Source: a virus (Duplodnaviria > Caudoviricetes). Taken from it: DNA of 47,084 nucleotides. Of the stretch, positions 37,018 to 46,987 are shown one piece after another (position 1 is the first letter of the stretch; every line of letters starts with the position of its first letter). The position numbers and the translations under genes were made by a program. The stretch lies in IMG/VR virus record IMGVR_UViG_3300032373_000021, positions 1 through 47,084 of that record, one strand, 5' to 3'. The notes beneath the pieces were generated by a model, which saw only the letters and a program-made list of their open reading frames with translations, was not told where the DNA came from and did not search any database.

Positions 37018-37355
37018 CCTATTCCAGCCTCCCCAAGCGCCGTACAAAGCCCCGCAGGACCGCGCGCGAGGAAAACCCGCAGCATCGCAAGTGGGTACGA
37101 GGTTTCAAGTGCTGCGTAGACAATGGCGAGTGTTCACTCCGCATTGAGTGCGCCCATGTTCGCGGCGGTACTGATGGTGGCATGGGTAAAAAACCCTCAG
37201 ACAAATTTACCATCCCCCTATGTGACACCCATCACGCGGAGCAACACCGCATCGGAGAGGCGCCTTTCGCCAAGCGATACGGCTTGAATTTGCTTGAGAT
37301 AGCTGCCCGCCTTTGGGCCCAAAGCCCATACGGCAAGAAATTGGAGGCCGCGTAA
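37014..37355 (+). CDS. Putative HNH-like nuclease (DUF968/Ref-like)
   Basis: HRKWVR...CC...AHVR...GMGKKPSD...PLC..HH.EQH. Confidence 0.8.
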   Translation: MTYSSLPKRRTKPRRTAREENPQHRKWVRGFKCCVDNGECSLRIECAHVRGGTDGGMGKKPSDKFTIPLCDTHHAEQHRIGEAPFAKRYGLNLLEIAARLWAQSPYGKKLEAA

Positions 37356-38314
37356 TGTCGATGCAAATCATAGCGCCTGGCTTTTACGACATACCCGAAG
37401 CTGACTACCACGCGGACCCTGTAAAGGAACCCTCCCTCAGCAATTCGATTGCCAAAGTAATGGTCAATGAATCTCCATTGCATGCTTGGGGCGAGCACTC
37501 GCGCCTCAATCCGCACTATCAGGCCACGCACAAATCCGCGTTTGACCTCGGGTCAACTTGCCACGGCCTGCTACTGGACCAAGAAGATAACTATTGCCCA
37601 ATCGATCACCCAGACTGGCGCACCAAAGATGCGAAAGAACAACGAGAACAAGCCCACGACAGCGGACGGATACCATTACTTAAAAAGGATTTTGACCGGG
37701 CTCGGGAAATGGCGGATAGCGCAAGACGCCAGCTCAAATATCACGAGGACGCTGCCTGCTTCCTAATGAACACTTGTCACAGCGAACGCACGATGGTTTG
37801 GCAAGAACAGAACGGGGTATGGTGTCGCTCGCGGATTGACCGCATGACTGCCAAGTCCTCCATCGTATTTGATTACAAGACGACCGCTCAAGGCGCGCAC
37901 CCGGACAAGTGGGGCGGGCGCACACTGTACGATCACGGCTGCGATATGCAGGACGCTTTCTATTCGCGCGGCATCAAAACCCTTACTGGCGTCGAGCCAG
38001 CCTTCCTATTCGTTGTGCAAGAGACAACACCACCATATGCGCTATCTGTAATCAGCATGACACCAGTTGGCAAAGCCATTGGCAATGTCAAAGTCGAGCG
38101 CGCAATTGCAATGTGGGACTGGTGCACCAAGCACAACAAGTGGCCGGGATATCCAAATAAAACTGCTTATGTCGATCCACCTATATGGCAGCAACGCGAG
38201 TGGATTGATGAAGGCGGCGAAGGCACATCTACTAGCCATGAAGAAACCAAAAGCATCTTCAGATCTTGGGAAAAAGCCCAAGCCCCTATTAACGAAAATA
38301 AGGAAGCATCATGA
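37355..38314 (+). CDS. RecE/exonuclease VIII-like PD-(D/E)XK nuclease (DUF3799)
   Basis: YHAD...LSNS, CRSRID, DYKT, QDAFY and FVVQE..PPY motifs. Confidence 0.88.
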   Translation: MSMQIIAPGFYDIPEADYHADPVKEPSLSNSIAKVMVNESPLHAWGEHSRLNPHYQATHKSAFDLGSTCHGLLLDQEDNYCPIDHPDWRTKDAKEQREQAHDSGRIPLLKKDFDRAREMADSARRQLKYHEDAACFLMNTCHSERTMVWQEQNGVWCRSRIDRMTAKSSIVFDYKTTAQGAHPDKWGGRTLYDHGCDMQDAFYSRGIKTLTGVEPAFLFVVQETTPPYALSVISMTPVGKAIGNVKVERAIAMWDWCTKHNKWPGYPNKTAYVDPPIWQQREWIDEGGEGTSTSHEETKSIFRSWEKAQAPINENKEAS

Positions 38315-39414
38315 CTTTCCATTTCCGCCCAGCCGTCCGTGAGGATTCCATGCCGCTTATAGCACTCTATAGTCAGTCTGGATGCGGCAAGACCTTTTCA
38401 GCACTTCTACTAGCCCGCGGCATTGTCGGCGATGAAGGAAAAATTGCTATGATCGACACCGAGTCAGGTCGTGGCAGTTTATATTCCGATCAAATACCCG
38501 GCGGGTACGATACGCTCAAACTGACCGAGCCTTTTTCTCCACAACGATACATTGAAGCAATCCAAGCAGCCGAAGCAGCTGGCTATGATATCGTGGTGCT
38601 CGATAGCGTTTCCCATGAATGGGAAGGCATTGGCGGCGTCATCGATATGGCAACCGATATAGAAGAGACTTCTGGCAAAAAAGGCCTGCACTGCTGGAAC
38701 AAACCAAAGCAACAGCACAACAAATTTGTTTTGAAACTTCTCGGATCAAATGTCCCAGTGGTCCTCTGCATTCGCGCAAAATACAAAACGCGCCAACGCG
38801 GCCGTGACGTGGTGAAAGATGACCATGTTAGCCCCATCCAAGCCGAAGATTTTATCTTTGAAATGACACTCCATGCGGAGGTTTTGCCTAATCACAGTAT
38901 TCGGCTAACAAAATGCTCGCATCCCGACTTGCGCGGATGTTTCGAGGAAGGAAGCCCAATAACGATCCACACAGGCGCGAGACTTGCTGAGTGGGCAAAA
39001 GGAGGCATCAAACAGCGTCCCGCGATTGAGGTGTTGGAAGAAGCCCGATTTGCTGCTCGAGAGGGCAAAGCAAAATTTGATGCTTGGTGGAAACAAGCCA
39101 GCAAGGCCGACCGTACTCATGCCAGGACTGTTTTGGAAGAATTGAAAAAGCTCTGTGACGAGCACGACAATCCGGATGCTGATGACGACCCGTTTGCAGG
39201 CATGGAAAGTCCTCAACAACAAGCTACACCAATGGACGACGAAGCGCTCGACGCCTACTTGAGCATGATCCTTGCGGCGGACACCATCCAAACCATTGAG
39301 GGCATAGAAAGCATGCACCGCGAGCGCTTCAAGGCCACTCCGGACAGTTCAAAATTGATGGGTGTTCTGGACGCACTCGACGCCAAACGTGCTGAGCTTT
39401 CACCCCTCGACTAA
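38311..39414 (+). CDS. Sak4-like AAA_24 ATPase (phage recombinase)
   Basis: SQSGCGKT, IDTE and LDSVSHEW motifs; follows the exonuclease. Confidence 0.85.
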   Translation: MTFHFRPAVREDSMPLIALYSQSGCGKTFSALLLARGIVGDEGKIAMIDTESGRGSLYSDQIPGGYDTLKLTEPFSPQRYIEAIQAAEAAGYDIVVLDSVSHEWEGIGGVIDMATDIEETSGKKGLHCWNKPKQQHNKFVLKLLGSNVPVVLCIRAKYKTRQRGRDVVKDDHVSPIQAEDFIFEMTLHAEVLPNHSIRLTKCSHPDLRGCFEEGSPITIHTGARLAEWAKGGIKQRPAIEVLEEARFAAREGKAKFDAWWKQASKADRTHARTVLEELKKLCDEHDNPDADDDPFAGMESPQQQATPMDDEALDAYLSMILAADTIQTIEGIESMHRERFKATPDSSKLMGVLDALDAKRAELSPLD

Positions 39415-39446
39415 CCCCCGCCCAATACAGAGACAAAGGAACCGAC

Positions 39447-39752
39447 ATGAGAAATGACCCAGACCCCATAGATATCCACGTAGGAGGCCGTGTACGCAAC
39501 CGCAGAAAGCAAAGAAGCATGTCTCAGACAACGCTTGGCAAAATACTGGGGATCACGTTCCAGCAGGTCCAGAAATATGAGCGAGGGACCAACCGAATAG
39601 GGTCCAGCCGCATGTTCAGGATATCCGAAGCGCTTGAAGTGGAGGTGGGCTATTTCTTTGAAGGCCTACAGCCCCCTGCCGAGCCTTTGAAGATCAAACA
39701 AGCCATCAAGAAACTCGCTAATCAGATAGGCGACCTAGCGGAAGCGCTCTGA
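39447..39752 (+). CDS. XRE-family HTH protein
   Basis: DPIDIHVGGRVRNRR...ITFQQVQKYERGTNRI, a common alphaproteobacterial XRE family. Confidence 0.92.
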   Translation: MRNDPDPIDIHVGGRVRNRRKQRSMSQTTLGKILGITFQQVQKYERGTNRIGSSRMFRISEALEVEVGYFFEGLQPPAEPLKIKQAIKKLANQIGDLAEAL

Positions 39753-39834
39753 TCACCGAGGGCGAGGCGGGCTGACCCGCACCTAAGCCACTAGACGAGG
39801 CCCGCCTTGCGACTATTCTCAAAGAGGAAATAAC

Positions 39835-40542
39835 ATGCCAACTTCATTAAATACCGCTTCGCTGAAGGTTCTGGTGGCCTGCGAGAGAAGTGGCATGGTG
39901 CGGGCGATAGCGACTGACGGCCACCGCCTAGGCTGGATCGATACGGATATCCCCTCGCCCAAAGCGATGCGCATCATACTGCGCGCTGACTTGCTGAACA
40001 GACTAAAACCGCTGGCCAATATTTGTTTGGACGCATTTTTTGGCTTTGATGCAGCCGCTAATGTTTGCAGCATTAGTTTTGGCAATACCCACATTGTATC
40101 CAAGCTTATTGATGGGGTATTCCCTGATTGCAACAAGGTCATGCCAAATAATGACAGGGTAGAAGTGCCCGTTGACACCCGTAAAATGATGGCTGCAATA
40201 GGAAATATAACAAAGGGCCTGCCCCGGAAAAATACTGGCGAAGGCATCAAAATATCAAAGCCAAACGGCAAGTTTGTTTTGGAATATAGCAGCCCGGAAA
40301 CCGGCACTTACATTCAGGAAATTGAAGCGGGCGGCGAACCCCTGCACAAGAATTTTGGCGTAAATATCCGGTATCTCGAAGGCATAATTAAAGGCCTGTC
40401 AGGGCGGGAAATTATCTTCTCCTTAGCAAAACCCGGTGACGGCAGTGAAGACGACTATGAAATGTCGTATTTTACCGGCCCAACAATCATCAAATCCGCA
40501 GGTGACCCGCTAAACACCCTTCTAATGCCGCTGCGCATTTAA
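39835..40542 (+). CDS. DNA polymerase III beta-clamp-like protein (lacks N-terminal domain)
   Basis: ATDGHRL, SKLIDGVFPD, FGVNIRYL and LLMPLRI motifs; only 235 aa. Confidence 0.85.
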   Translation: MPTSLNTASLKVLVACERSGMVRAIATDGHRLGWIDTDIPSPKAMRIILRADLLNRLKPLANICLDAFFGFDAAANVCSISFGNTHIVSKLIDGVFPDCNKVMPNNDRVEVPVDTRKMMAAIGNITKGLPRKNTGEGIKISKPNGKFVLEYSSPETGTYIQEIEAGGEPLHKNFGVNIRYLEGIIKGLSGREIIFSLAKPGDGSEDDYEMSYFTGPTIIKSAGDPLNTLLMPLRI

Positions 40543-40602
40543 GCAGCACAGAAGCCCATATATGCCAGCCACCGCCCATTTTAACAGAGTTTGGATAAAG
40601 CC

Positions 40603-40755
40603 ATGAAAACAATGAAACGCGGACTTTCAGCCATCGCAGGCGGTGCAATTGTTTCTGTCAGTGTCAGCCTTTTTACCACGCTGGGGCTCGGCGAAGCGGC
40701 GGCCTTGTGGGCGGCCACTGTGGTGCTTTTGTGGCGCGGCGGCATCAAGGCCTGA
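40603..40755 (+). CDS. Small hydrophobic protein (50 aa, not in ORF track)
   Basis: MKTMKRGLSAIAGGAIVSVSVSLFTTLGLGEAAALWAATVVLLWRGGIKA. Confidence 0.5.
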   Translation: MKTMKRGLSAIAGGAIVSVSVSLFTTLGLGEAAALWAATVVLLWRGGIKA

Positions 40756-40797
40756 TCCCTGCCCTGTGTATCGCACACCAGGTTTGTTCTGAGTACT

Positions 40798-40844
40798 CGG
40801 CTGGCGGTGTCTCGGTTGCCACCCTACCACCGCCAGCCGTTTTA
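40798..40844 (+). terminator. Hairpin / terminator-like structure
   Basis: CGGCTGGCGGTG...CACCGCCAGCCG 12-bp stem followed by TTTT. Confidence 0.55.
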
Positions 40845-40889
40845 ACCACCAAACCGGAAACAGAATTTCAAGATAAGGGGTGCTTCACA

Positions 40890-40955
40890 ATGTCAGACAA
40901 AAGCAAAATAGAGTGGACCGATGCGACGTGGAACCCGGAGGCGGTGCATGCCTGA
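40890..40955 (+). pseudogene. N-terminal remnant of a Gp37/Gp68 (DUF5131) gene
   Basis: MSDKSKIEWTDATWNP, then a stop after 21 aa. Confidence 0.7.
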
Positions 40956-41065
40956 GCAGTCCTTAGAAATCAGCGCCCCCTTGACCACAGAAGCACCACC
41001 AGCTGATGCGATTAAGGTCTTCATGACATTCTGGCTATGCACGTCAGGCACGAAGGAGAAAGCCA

Positions 41066-41536
41066 ATGGCTAAATTGTCCTCGACCGCAACTAAGGGACC
41101 GGAAGACTTTAACCTAATCACTGACAAGCTGATTGCTGAAGCGCGCAGATATGAGAACGGCTCAGTGTGCGTCAGTGATATTAAACCGGGGTGGTACGAA
41201 CATGCGGACAGGAAGCCATTTAAGCGCAAAGGTGTGTGGTGTGTTCATAACTATGGACCTACGCCGCTGCTTAGCTATGAACGCAACACCTTTGGCGATA
41301 TTCGGTTCCGTGTACGGAGTTACGATTATACTGCCACATCTATTTTGATTGAGAATGACGGCGGCAATTGTCCTAAGTGGTTCAAAGAGCCGGTACACCG
41401 GCTATGCGCGCCGCTCTTTATGAAAAATAGCCTTCGCCGCTGGACTGATATTATTAGCTACCTTGTTGAAGCCAGATACGAAACCGACCTCCCAGAACAA
41501 TATCGCGAGAGAAAAACGGAGGCATGCTGTGCCTAG
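41066..41536 (+). CDS. Hypothetical phage protein
   Basis: AGGAG RBS; 156 aa. Confidence 0.7.
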   Translation: MAKLSSTATKGPEDFNLITDKLIAEARRYENGSVCVSDIKPGWYEHADRKPFKRKGVWCVHNYGPTPLLSYERNTFGDIRFRVRSYDYTATSILIENDGGNCPKWFKEPVHRLCAPLFMKNSLRRWTDIISYLVEARYETDLPEQYRERKTEACCA

Positions 41537-43457
41537 ATCGTCCAAAGATGGCGAAATCATCATTGATAGCTTCGCAGGCGGCGGCGGGGCATCGGTCGGC
41601 ATTGAAATGGCGCTTGGGCGCTCGCCCGATGTGGCAATCAATCACGACAAAACAGCCATCGCTATGCATGAAGTTAATCACCCCACAACCGAACACATCT
41701 GTCAGAACATTTGGCAGGCAATCCCCAAAGACGTTGCTCGCGGCCGCCCTGTGGGTTTTGCGTGGTTTTCGCCCGACTGCAAACATTTCAGCAAAGCCAA
41801 AGGCAGCGCCCCGGTAAAGCGCAACATTCGTGATCTTGCTTGGATTGTGGTGATGTGGGCAGAGCAAGTGAGGCCGCGCGTGATTGTGGTTGAAAATGTT
41901 GAAGAGTTCAAAGGCTGGGGCCCAGTAGGTGAAGGCGGCATTCCCTGCAAGCTTCGTAAGGGTGAAACTTTTGATGAGTGGGTGAAGTCGCTGCGGCGCG
42001 CAGGCTACAAGGTAGAATGGAAGGAATTGCGCGCATCAGATTACGGCGCCCCAACCATCCGCAAACGCCTATTTGTGATTGCTCGCTGTGACGGTCAGCC
42101 CATCGTATGGCCTAAGCCGACACACTATAACCCAAAAAAGAAGTTCATACGCAGGAAGGGCTTAAAGCCGTGGCGCGCAGTCGCCGAAGTGCTGGATTGG
42201 TCTTTGCCTTGCCCCTCGATCTTTATGACCACCGCAGAGGCCAAAGACTGGCGGCAAGCCACCGGGCAGAGCGTTAAGCGGCCATTGGCAGATGCCACGA
42301 TGCGCAGGATCGCCCAGGGCATTAAGCGTTTCGTGATCGATGCTGAGGAACCTTTTATCGTAACAGCCAATCACCAAAGCAATAGCTTCAGGGGCCAAGG
42401 CTTAACCGAGCCAATGAAAACCATCACGGCAGCGCGTGACGCCCAGGGCTTGGTAACACCGTTTCTGACCGAGCATGCAAATGCCAGCGGGCAACGCAAA
42501 TGGAGTGCAGAGGAACCGCTGCGAACCCAGTGTGCCAATGTCAAAGGTGGGCATTTTGCGCTCGTGTCACCAACCTTAGTCCAGACTGGATACGGTGAAC
42601 GACCAGCGGAATATAAATGTGGCGAATGTCATGAGATATTCAGCGACAAACATGCCACCGGCATTGGGACGCTAGCGCCCGCCGAGTGCCCGCACTGTGG
42701 CGAAGAAAGTAACATTTCGTTGGTCAGGGCTGGGCAGAAACCACGCGCCCCCGGCATCGAAAAGCCGTTAGGCACGATTGTAGCCGGTGGCGGCAAACAT
42801 GCGCTCGTTGCGGCCTTTATGGTCAAGCACTTCGGTGGGGTAGTGGGCACTACCCTCGACAACCCGGCACCAACCATTACGACCCGGGGCACACAAAACC
42901 AGATTGTTGCAGCAACCATTGAACGACAATTCGGGAAATCAGCCGGCAACGATGCCAATGAGCCTCTGGCTACAATAACCGCTGGCGGGGGTGGCAAGGC
43001 TGCATTGGTGGCTAGCAACCTGGTTAAGCTTCGTGGCACATGCAAGGACGGACAGCCAATTGACGAACCTGCACCAGGGCTAACCGCAGGCGGCAACCAT
43101 GTTGGCGAGGTGCGCGCGCTTTTGCACAAATATTATGGTGCCGAAACCGGTCAATCGCAAAGCTGTGCCGAGCCTATCCACACTATACCAACCAAAGAGC
43201 GCTTTGGCCTCGTTACCGTTGAAGGCCAATCCTATCAGATAACCGATATTGGCATGCGCATGCTGTCACCGCCCGAGCTTTTTGCCGCGCAAGGTTTCCC
43301 GCCAAGCTACATCATTGACCGCAAGCCAGACGGCAGCAGAATAACCAAAACCGCACAGGTTTCATGCGTCGGCAACAGCGTATCGCCGCCACTGTCCGAA
43401 GCCATCACCCGCGCCAACGTGCCCGAAATGGCGGCACTAAGGAGGGCAGCGGAATGA
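41529..43457 (+). CDS. DNA (cytosine-5) methyltransferase with repeated variable region
   Basis: DSFAGGGG, FSPDC, ENVEEF, TIRKRLF, GMRML and GNSVSP motifs. Confidence 0.95.
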   Translation: MPRSSKDGEIIIDSFAGGGGASVGIEMALGRSPDVAINHDKTAIAMHEVNHPTTEHICQNIWQAIPKDVARGRPVGFAWFSPDCKHFSKAKGSAPVKRNIRDLAWIVVMWAEQVRPRVIVVENVEEFKGWGPVGEGGIPCKLRKGETFDEWVKSLRRAGYKVEWKELRASDYGAPTIRKRLFVIARCDGQPIVWPKPTHYNPKKKFIRRKGLKPWRAVAEVLDWSLPCPSIFMTTAEAKDWRQATGQSVKRPLADATMRRIAQGIKRFVIDAEEPFIVTANHQSNSFRGQGLTEPMKTITAARDAQGLVTPFLTEHANASGQRKWSAEEPLRTQCANVKGGHFALVSPTLVQTGYGERPAEYKCGECHEIFSDKHATGIGTLAPAECPHCGEESNISLVRAGQKPRAPGIEKPLGTIVAGGGKHALVAAFMVKHFGGVVGTTLDNPAPTITTRGTQNQIVAATIERQFGKSAGNDANEPLATITAGGGGKAALVASNLVKLRGTCKDGQPIDEPAPGLTAGGNHVGEVRALLHKYYGAETGQSQSCAEPIHTIPTKERFGLVTVEGQSYQITDIGMRMLSPPELFAAQGFPPSYIIDRKPDGSRITKTAQVSCVGNSVSPPLSEAITRANVPEMAALRRAAE

Positions 43458-44242
43458 GCCGGTCCTCAGTTGTCACGGCTATTGCCGATCTGGTAAAGCG
43501 CCGCGCGCTGTTTGTCTGCAACCATTCTGGCGGCAAAGACAGTCAGGCGATGCTGATCAAATTGCGGACTATCGTACCCGCGTGGCAAATTGTAGTCATC
43601 CATGCCCACCTTCCGGGTGTGGAATGGAAGGGCACTTATGATCATGTAAGGCGATATTCAGAAGATTTGGACCGCATCAAATGCGTGGCCACTAAAACAT
43701 TTTTTGAAATGGTGGGACGGCGGGTCATGTTCCCATCGCCAAAGTACCGCCAATGTACTTCCGATCTTAAACGTGGCCCTATTGAACGCGAAATTAGGCG
43801 CTATCTCAACAGCAACCATGAATACGGTGGTTTGATTGTAAATTGCATGGGGCTAAGGGCGCAAGAGAGCACCAGCAGAGCGAAGGCAACACCATTTAAA
43901 TTCAATGACAGGAACAGTAAGGCGGGCCGTGAATGGTACGACTGGCTACCAATCTTTGAAATGAGTATCGAAGACGTATTTGCTTCAATTAAAGCTGCTG
44001 GGCAAGAACCTCATTGGGCCTATCAGGCTGGCATGACCCGGCTGTCTTGTTGCTTCTGCATTATGGCCAGCAAGGCTGACCTAACCACCGCCGCAAAACT
44101 TAATCCCGAACTTTACGCCCAAATGGTCGCGCTGGAAAAGCGCATTGACCAAACAATGATGATGCCGAGCAAGACGAAGGGTAAACAAACGCTGGAACAA
44201 ATTACTGGCATCAAAGCTGGGCCTGCGGAGCAAGCCGCATGA
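43454..44242 (+). CDS. PAPS reductase family protein (phage, Fe-S)
   Basis: HSGGKDS PP-loop, CTSDLK, GLRAQES..RA and RLSCCFC motifs. Confidence 0.9.
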   Translation: MSRSSVVTAIADLVKRRALFVCNHSGGKDSQAMLIKLRTIVPAWQIVVIHAHLPGVEWKGTYDHVRRYSEDLDRIKCVATKTFFEMVGRRVMFPSPKYRQCTSDLKRGPIEREIRRYLNSNHEYGGLIVNCMGLRAQESTSRAKATPFKFNDRNSKAGREWYDWLPIFEMSIEDVFASIKAAGQEPHWAYQAGMTRLSCCFCIMASKADLTTAAKLNPELYAQMVALEKRIDQTMMMPSKTKGKQTLEQITGIKAGPAEQAA

Positions 44243-44264
44243 CCAGATCGTCCTCAGTTGGTGG

Positions 44265-44492
44265 CTACAGTAAACTGACTTCGCTTGCCGGTTCACCACA
44301 CTTGCAGGTGAAATTAAAATGGCGCTCGCCACCGGTTCCCCCTTCCAGCTTTAGCGTGTCCACTTTGTCAGTAGGCAGCCCGTCAGCGCTAAGCAGAACT
44401 TCACCGCACCCCGAACATTCTATTGCGGCACCCCTTGATTGCGCCAGTGCTTCAAGAGCTTGTTTGATCCTGCGATCTGTATGTTCACCCAT
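44265..44492 (-). CDS. Small zinc-binding protein antisense to the early operon
   Basis: CSGC...CKC; GGGGA RBS. Confidence 0.5.
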   Translation of the reverse strand: MGEHTDRRIKQALEALAQSRGAAIECSGCGEVLLSADGLPTDKVDTLKLEGGTGGERHFNFTCKCGEPASEVSLL

Positions 44493-44758
44493 TCTATCCC
44501 CCTATGCGTTTTCTAGCCTTGGCCTGCGCATCACCGCGGCCTCCGAACTTGTTATACAGCCAAGTAGAGCTCAGACCAAGTGTGCTGCATATGACGGCCA
44601 TCACAAGGCGAAGAAGGCGGGCAACGCTCTTAGAATGCCACCCGCCTCCAACAAGGCCCGCCCTTTGGCTCACGATTGGGGGTCAGATCGCCGCGCGCTA
44701 GCCCGGAACTGTCATACCAAGCGCACGGATATTGTCAAACAAACACAGGGGTTTTGCC

Positions 44759-45196
44759 ATGCCTAGAAACATGTCTTTCGCTCTAACAACGCCTCAATTC
44801 CTTGACGGCAGCAAGACAGAAACCCGGCGCACAGGCTGGCAGTTTCTGGAAGCTGGCGACAAGATCATGGCAGTTGAAAAGGGCATGGGAATACCGAAGG
44901 GCCAGAAGATAAGGCGCTTGGGCCCTTGCACCATTGTCAGCGTTCACCGCGAGTCTTTGAAAGACATCAAACCCGCAGATGTAATTGCTGAAGGCTTCCC
45001 GGATATGACGCCTGCACAGTTTATAAAATTCTTCTGTGACAGCCACAAAAACTGCACCCCACTCACGCCGGTAACGGTGATCCGATTCAAGCGTGACGAA
45101 CTGGTTCTTAGCGGCGGCACTAGCTCAGGCGCGCCTGACATTCGTCTGTATGGGGAAAGTGCCATTAAACGCCCCGCCTCAACAGGAGATAAATGA
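44759..45196 (+). CDS. ASCH-domain protein
   Basis: MSFALT...GSKTETRR.GW...EGF motif. Confidence 0.85.
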   Translation: MPRNMSFALTTPQFLDGSKTETRRTGWQFLEAGDKIMAVEKGMGIPKGQKIRRLGPCTIVSVHRESLKDIKPADVIAEGFPDMTPAQFIKFFCDSHKNCTPLTPVTVIRFKRDELVLSGGTSSGAPDIRLYGESAIKRPASTGDK

Positions 45197-45582
45197 TGTT
45201 TAATGGCCGTGAAATGAAGGCAATTAAAACGATGATTGGTGTGTCGGAAATTGCTGAAGAGGTTAAGCACCTACGCGTTGAAAATGAGTGGCTGAAGAAA
45301 CAGAACAAACAACTCATTGACGCACTTGCCAAATCAAGCCGGAGTGAAGCGATAGAGCGCATTAGAGAGGCTGCCCTTTATGCCGAAAAGCTAGGGGCAG
45401 GAATGTGGATCACCCCAAAAGGCATTCATCTTTCACTAAGAAGGGGCTTTCTGACTACGATGCGAGACGTGTCTTTCAAGGACATAGAGCATTGTTGTTT
45501 CAACCCCCTGAAGGACGAGATAATGAAGATGGAGCAGCAGTTTGACACCTCACCCCCCGCCCCAGCAGGAGAAGAAAATTGA
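45193..45582 (+). CDS. Hypothetical protein
   Basis: AGGAG RBS; coupled to the upstream gene. Confidence 0.6.
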   Translation: MMFNGREMKAIKTMIGVSEIAEEVKHLRVENEWLKKQNKQLIDALAKSSRSEAIERIREAALYAEKLGAGMWITPKGIHLSLRRGFLTTMRDVSFKDIEHCCFNPLKDEIMKMEQQFDTSPPAPAGEEN

Positions 45583-45754
45583 TGCATAGAATTGCTTTTA
45601 TTTTAATTTTCACGCCGTTCATTTGGAACTTGAAAGCTACCAGCCAGACGGGGTTAAAGCTGTATAAAATTGGGCCTCTTAGCGTAGGTATTTCATTTGA
45701 ATTAGAGCATTGCAACCACCGCAAATCTAATAGCGGTTTGAAGGGAAAATAACC

Positions 45755-45946
45755 ATGTCACGACGCGCGGCTGCCTTCTATCAGGACGATGTAAAGCGCG
45801 CTTGCGCGGGGGCGCGGGCGGCGGGCTTAACAGTGAGGGGGGTTGAAATTGATCCCAATGGGCGTATTCTCGTGCGCTGTGATGAAATTCCCAGTGAAGA
45901 AACTGCCGTAAAGGGCTGGAATGAAGCGACGAAAAATGTTGCCTAA
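45755..45946 (+). CDS. Putative excisionase / small protein upstream of integrase
   Basis: FYQDDVKRA...AAGL.V..VEIDPNGRI; overlaps the integrase start. Confidence 0.65.
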   Translation: MSRRAAAFYQDDVKRACAGARAAGLTVRGVEIDPNGRILVRCDEIPSEETAVKGWNEATKNVA

Positions 45947-46952
45947 AGGTGTAACCCGCAACACTTCAAAGGGGCGGGTCTATTACCGATATCGCCGCGC
46001 GGGTTTCAATTACACTTTCAAAAACAAACCCGGCACCCCTGATTTTTTGCAAGAGCTCGATGAATGTTTGTTGGGCACAACGCCCGGCCTAAGGCAAGAA
46101 ATACCCGGATCGATAGCAGCGCTGATCGCCAGATATTATGTGTCACCGCTTTTCAAAGACCTAAAACAAAGCACCCAGATCAATTACCGCGGCATATTGG
46201 AACGCTTTAAATCCTCCTACGGTGATCAAATTGTCATCGGCCTTAAACCGGCACATATCAGGGCGATTATGGAGGGCATGTCAAACCGCCCGATGGCGGC
46301 TAACAATCTGCTGAAAAAACTACGCGTCATCATGCGTTATGCGCAAGAACTGGATATGCGGCCCGATAATCCGTGCGACGGTGTGCGGCTATACAAACAA
46401 AAGGGCCAAGGGCACCACACTTGGGATGAAACTGAAATCGCCGCCTATGAGGCCCAGCACCCCATTGGCACCACTGCGCGACTGGCGCTCGATTTGTTGC
46501 TCTACACCGCACAGCGGCGTTCTGACGCCGTAACATTGGGCTGGCAGCATGTAAAAGGCGGCAACATAGCCGTCCGCCAAATCAAAACCGGGGAAATGGT
46601 GGATATCCCGCTACACCCAAGGCTTAAAAAGTCTTTGGAACAAACCAAAGGCAACATGACATTCCTGCTGACCAAGCTTGGAAAACCATTCACGGCAAAC
46701 GGATTCGGAAATAAAATGCGCCAATGGTGTGATGAAGCAGGCCTAAGCGCCTGTGCTTCGCACGGTTTGCGTAAAGCCGCCGCGCGGCGCTTGGCCGAAG
46801 CCGGATGCACAACCAACGAAATCATGTCAATCACAGGACATAGAACCAGCAGCGAGGTTGACCGCTATACCAGGGATGCCAACCGTGTGCAAATGGCAGA
46901 AAATGCCGCGAACAAATTGTCCAACTTTCGACCCGGTTGGACAAAAACTTAA
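45921..46952 (+). CDS. int: Tyrosine integrase
   Basis: Catalytic R (TAQRRSD), K (QIKTG), HGLR, GH and Y (DRYT). Confidence 0.96.
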   Translation: MKRRKMLPKGVTRNTSKGRVYYRYRRAGFNYTFKNKPGTPDFLQELDECLLGTTPGLRQEIPGSIAALIARYYVSPLFKDLKQSTQINYRGILERFKSSYGDQIVIGLKPAHIRAIMEGMSNRPMAANNLLKKLRVIMRYAQELDMRPDNPCDGVRLYKQKGQGHHTWDETEIAAYEAQHPIGTTARLALDLLLYTAQRRSDAVTLGWQHVKGGNIAVRQIKTGEMVDIPLHPRLKKSLEQTKGNMTFLLTKLGKPFTANGFGNKMRQWCDEAGLSACASHGLRKAAARRLAEAGCTTNEIMSITGHRTSSEVDRYTRDANRVQMAENAANKLSNFRPGWTKT

Positions 46953-46978
46953 AATAACTCTTTAAAATCAATAACTTA
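46917..46978. promoter_or_regulatory. att-arm region: inverted repeat plus IHF site
   Basis: TTGTCCAAC-N10-GTTGGACAA (46917-46944); AATCAA-TAAC-TTA (46966-46978) matches WATCAANNNNTTR. Confidence 0.6.
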
Positions 46979-46987
46979 AAAACAGGG

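Noticed and set aside
35318-37355. Restriction-modification system (MTase plus HNH)
   Set aside because: The HNH-like gene resembles phage DUF968/Ref-type proteins next to recombination genes, not a restriction endonuclease.
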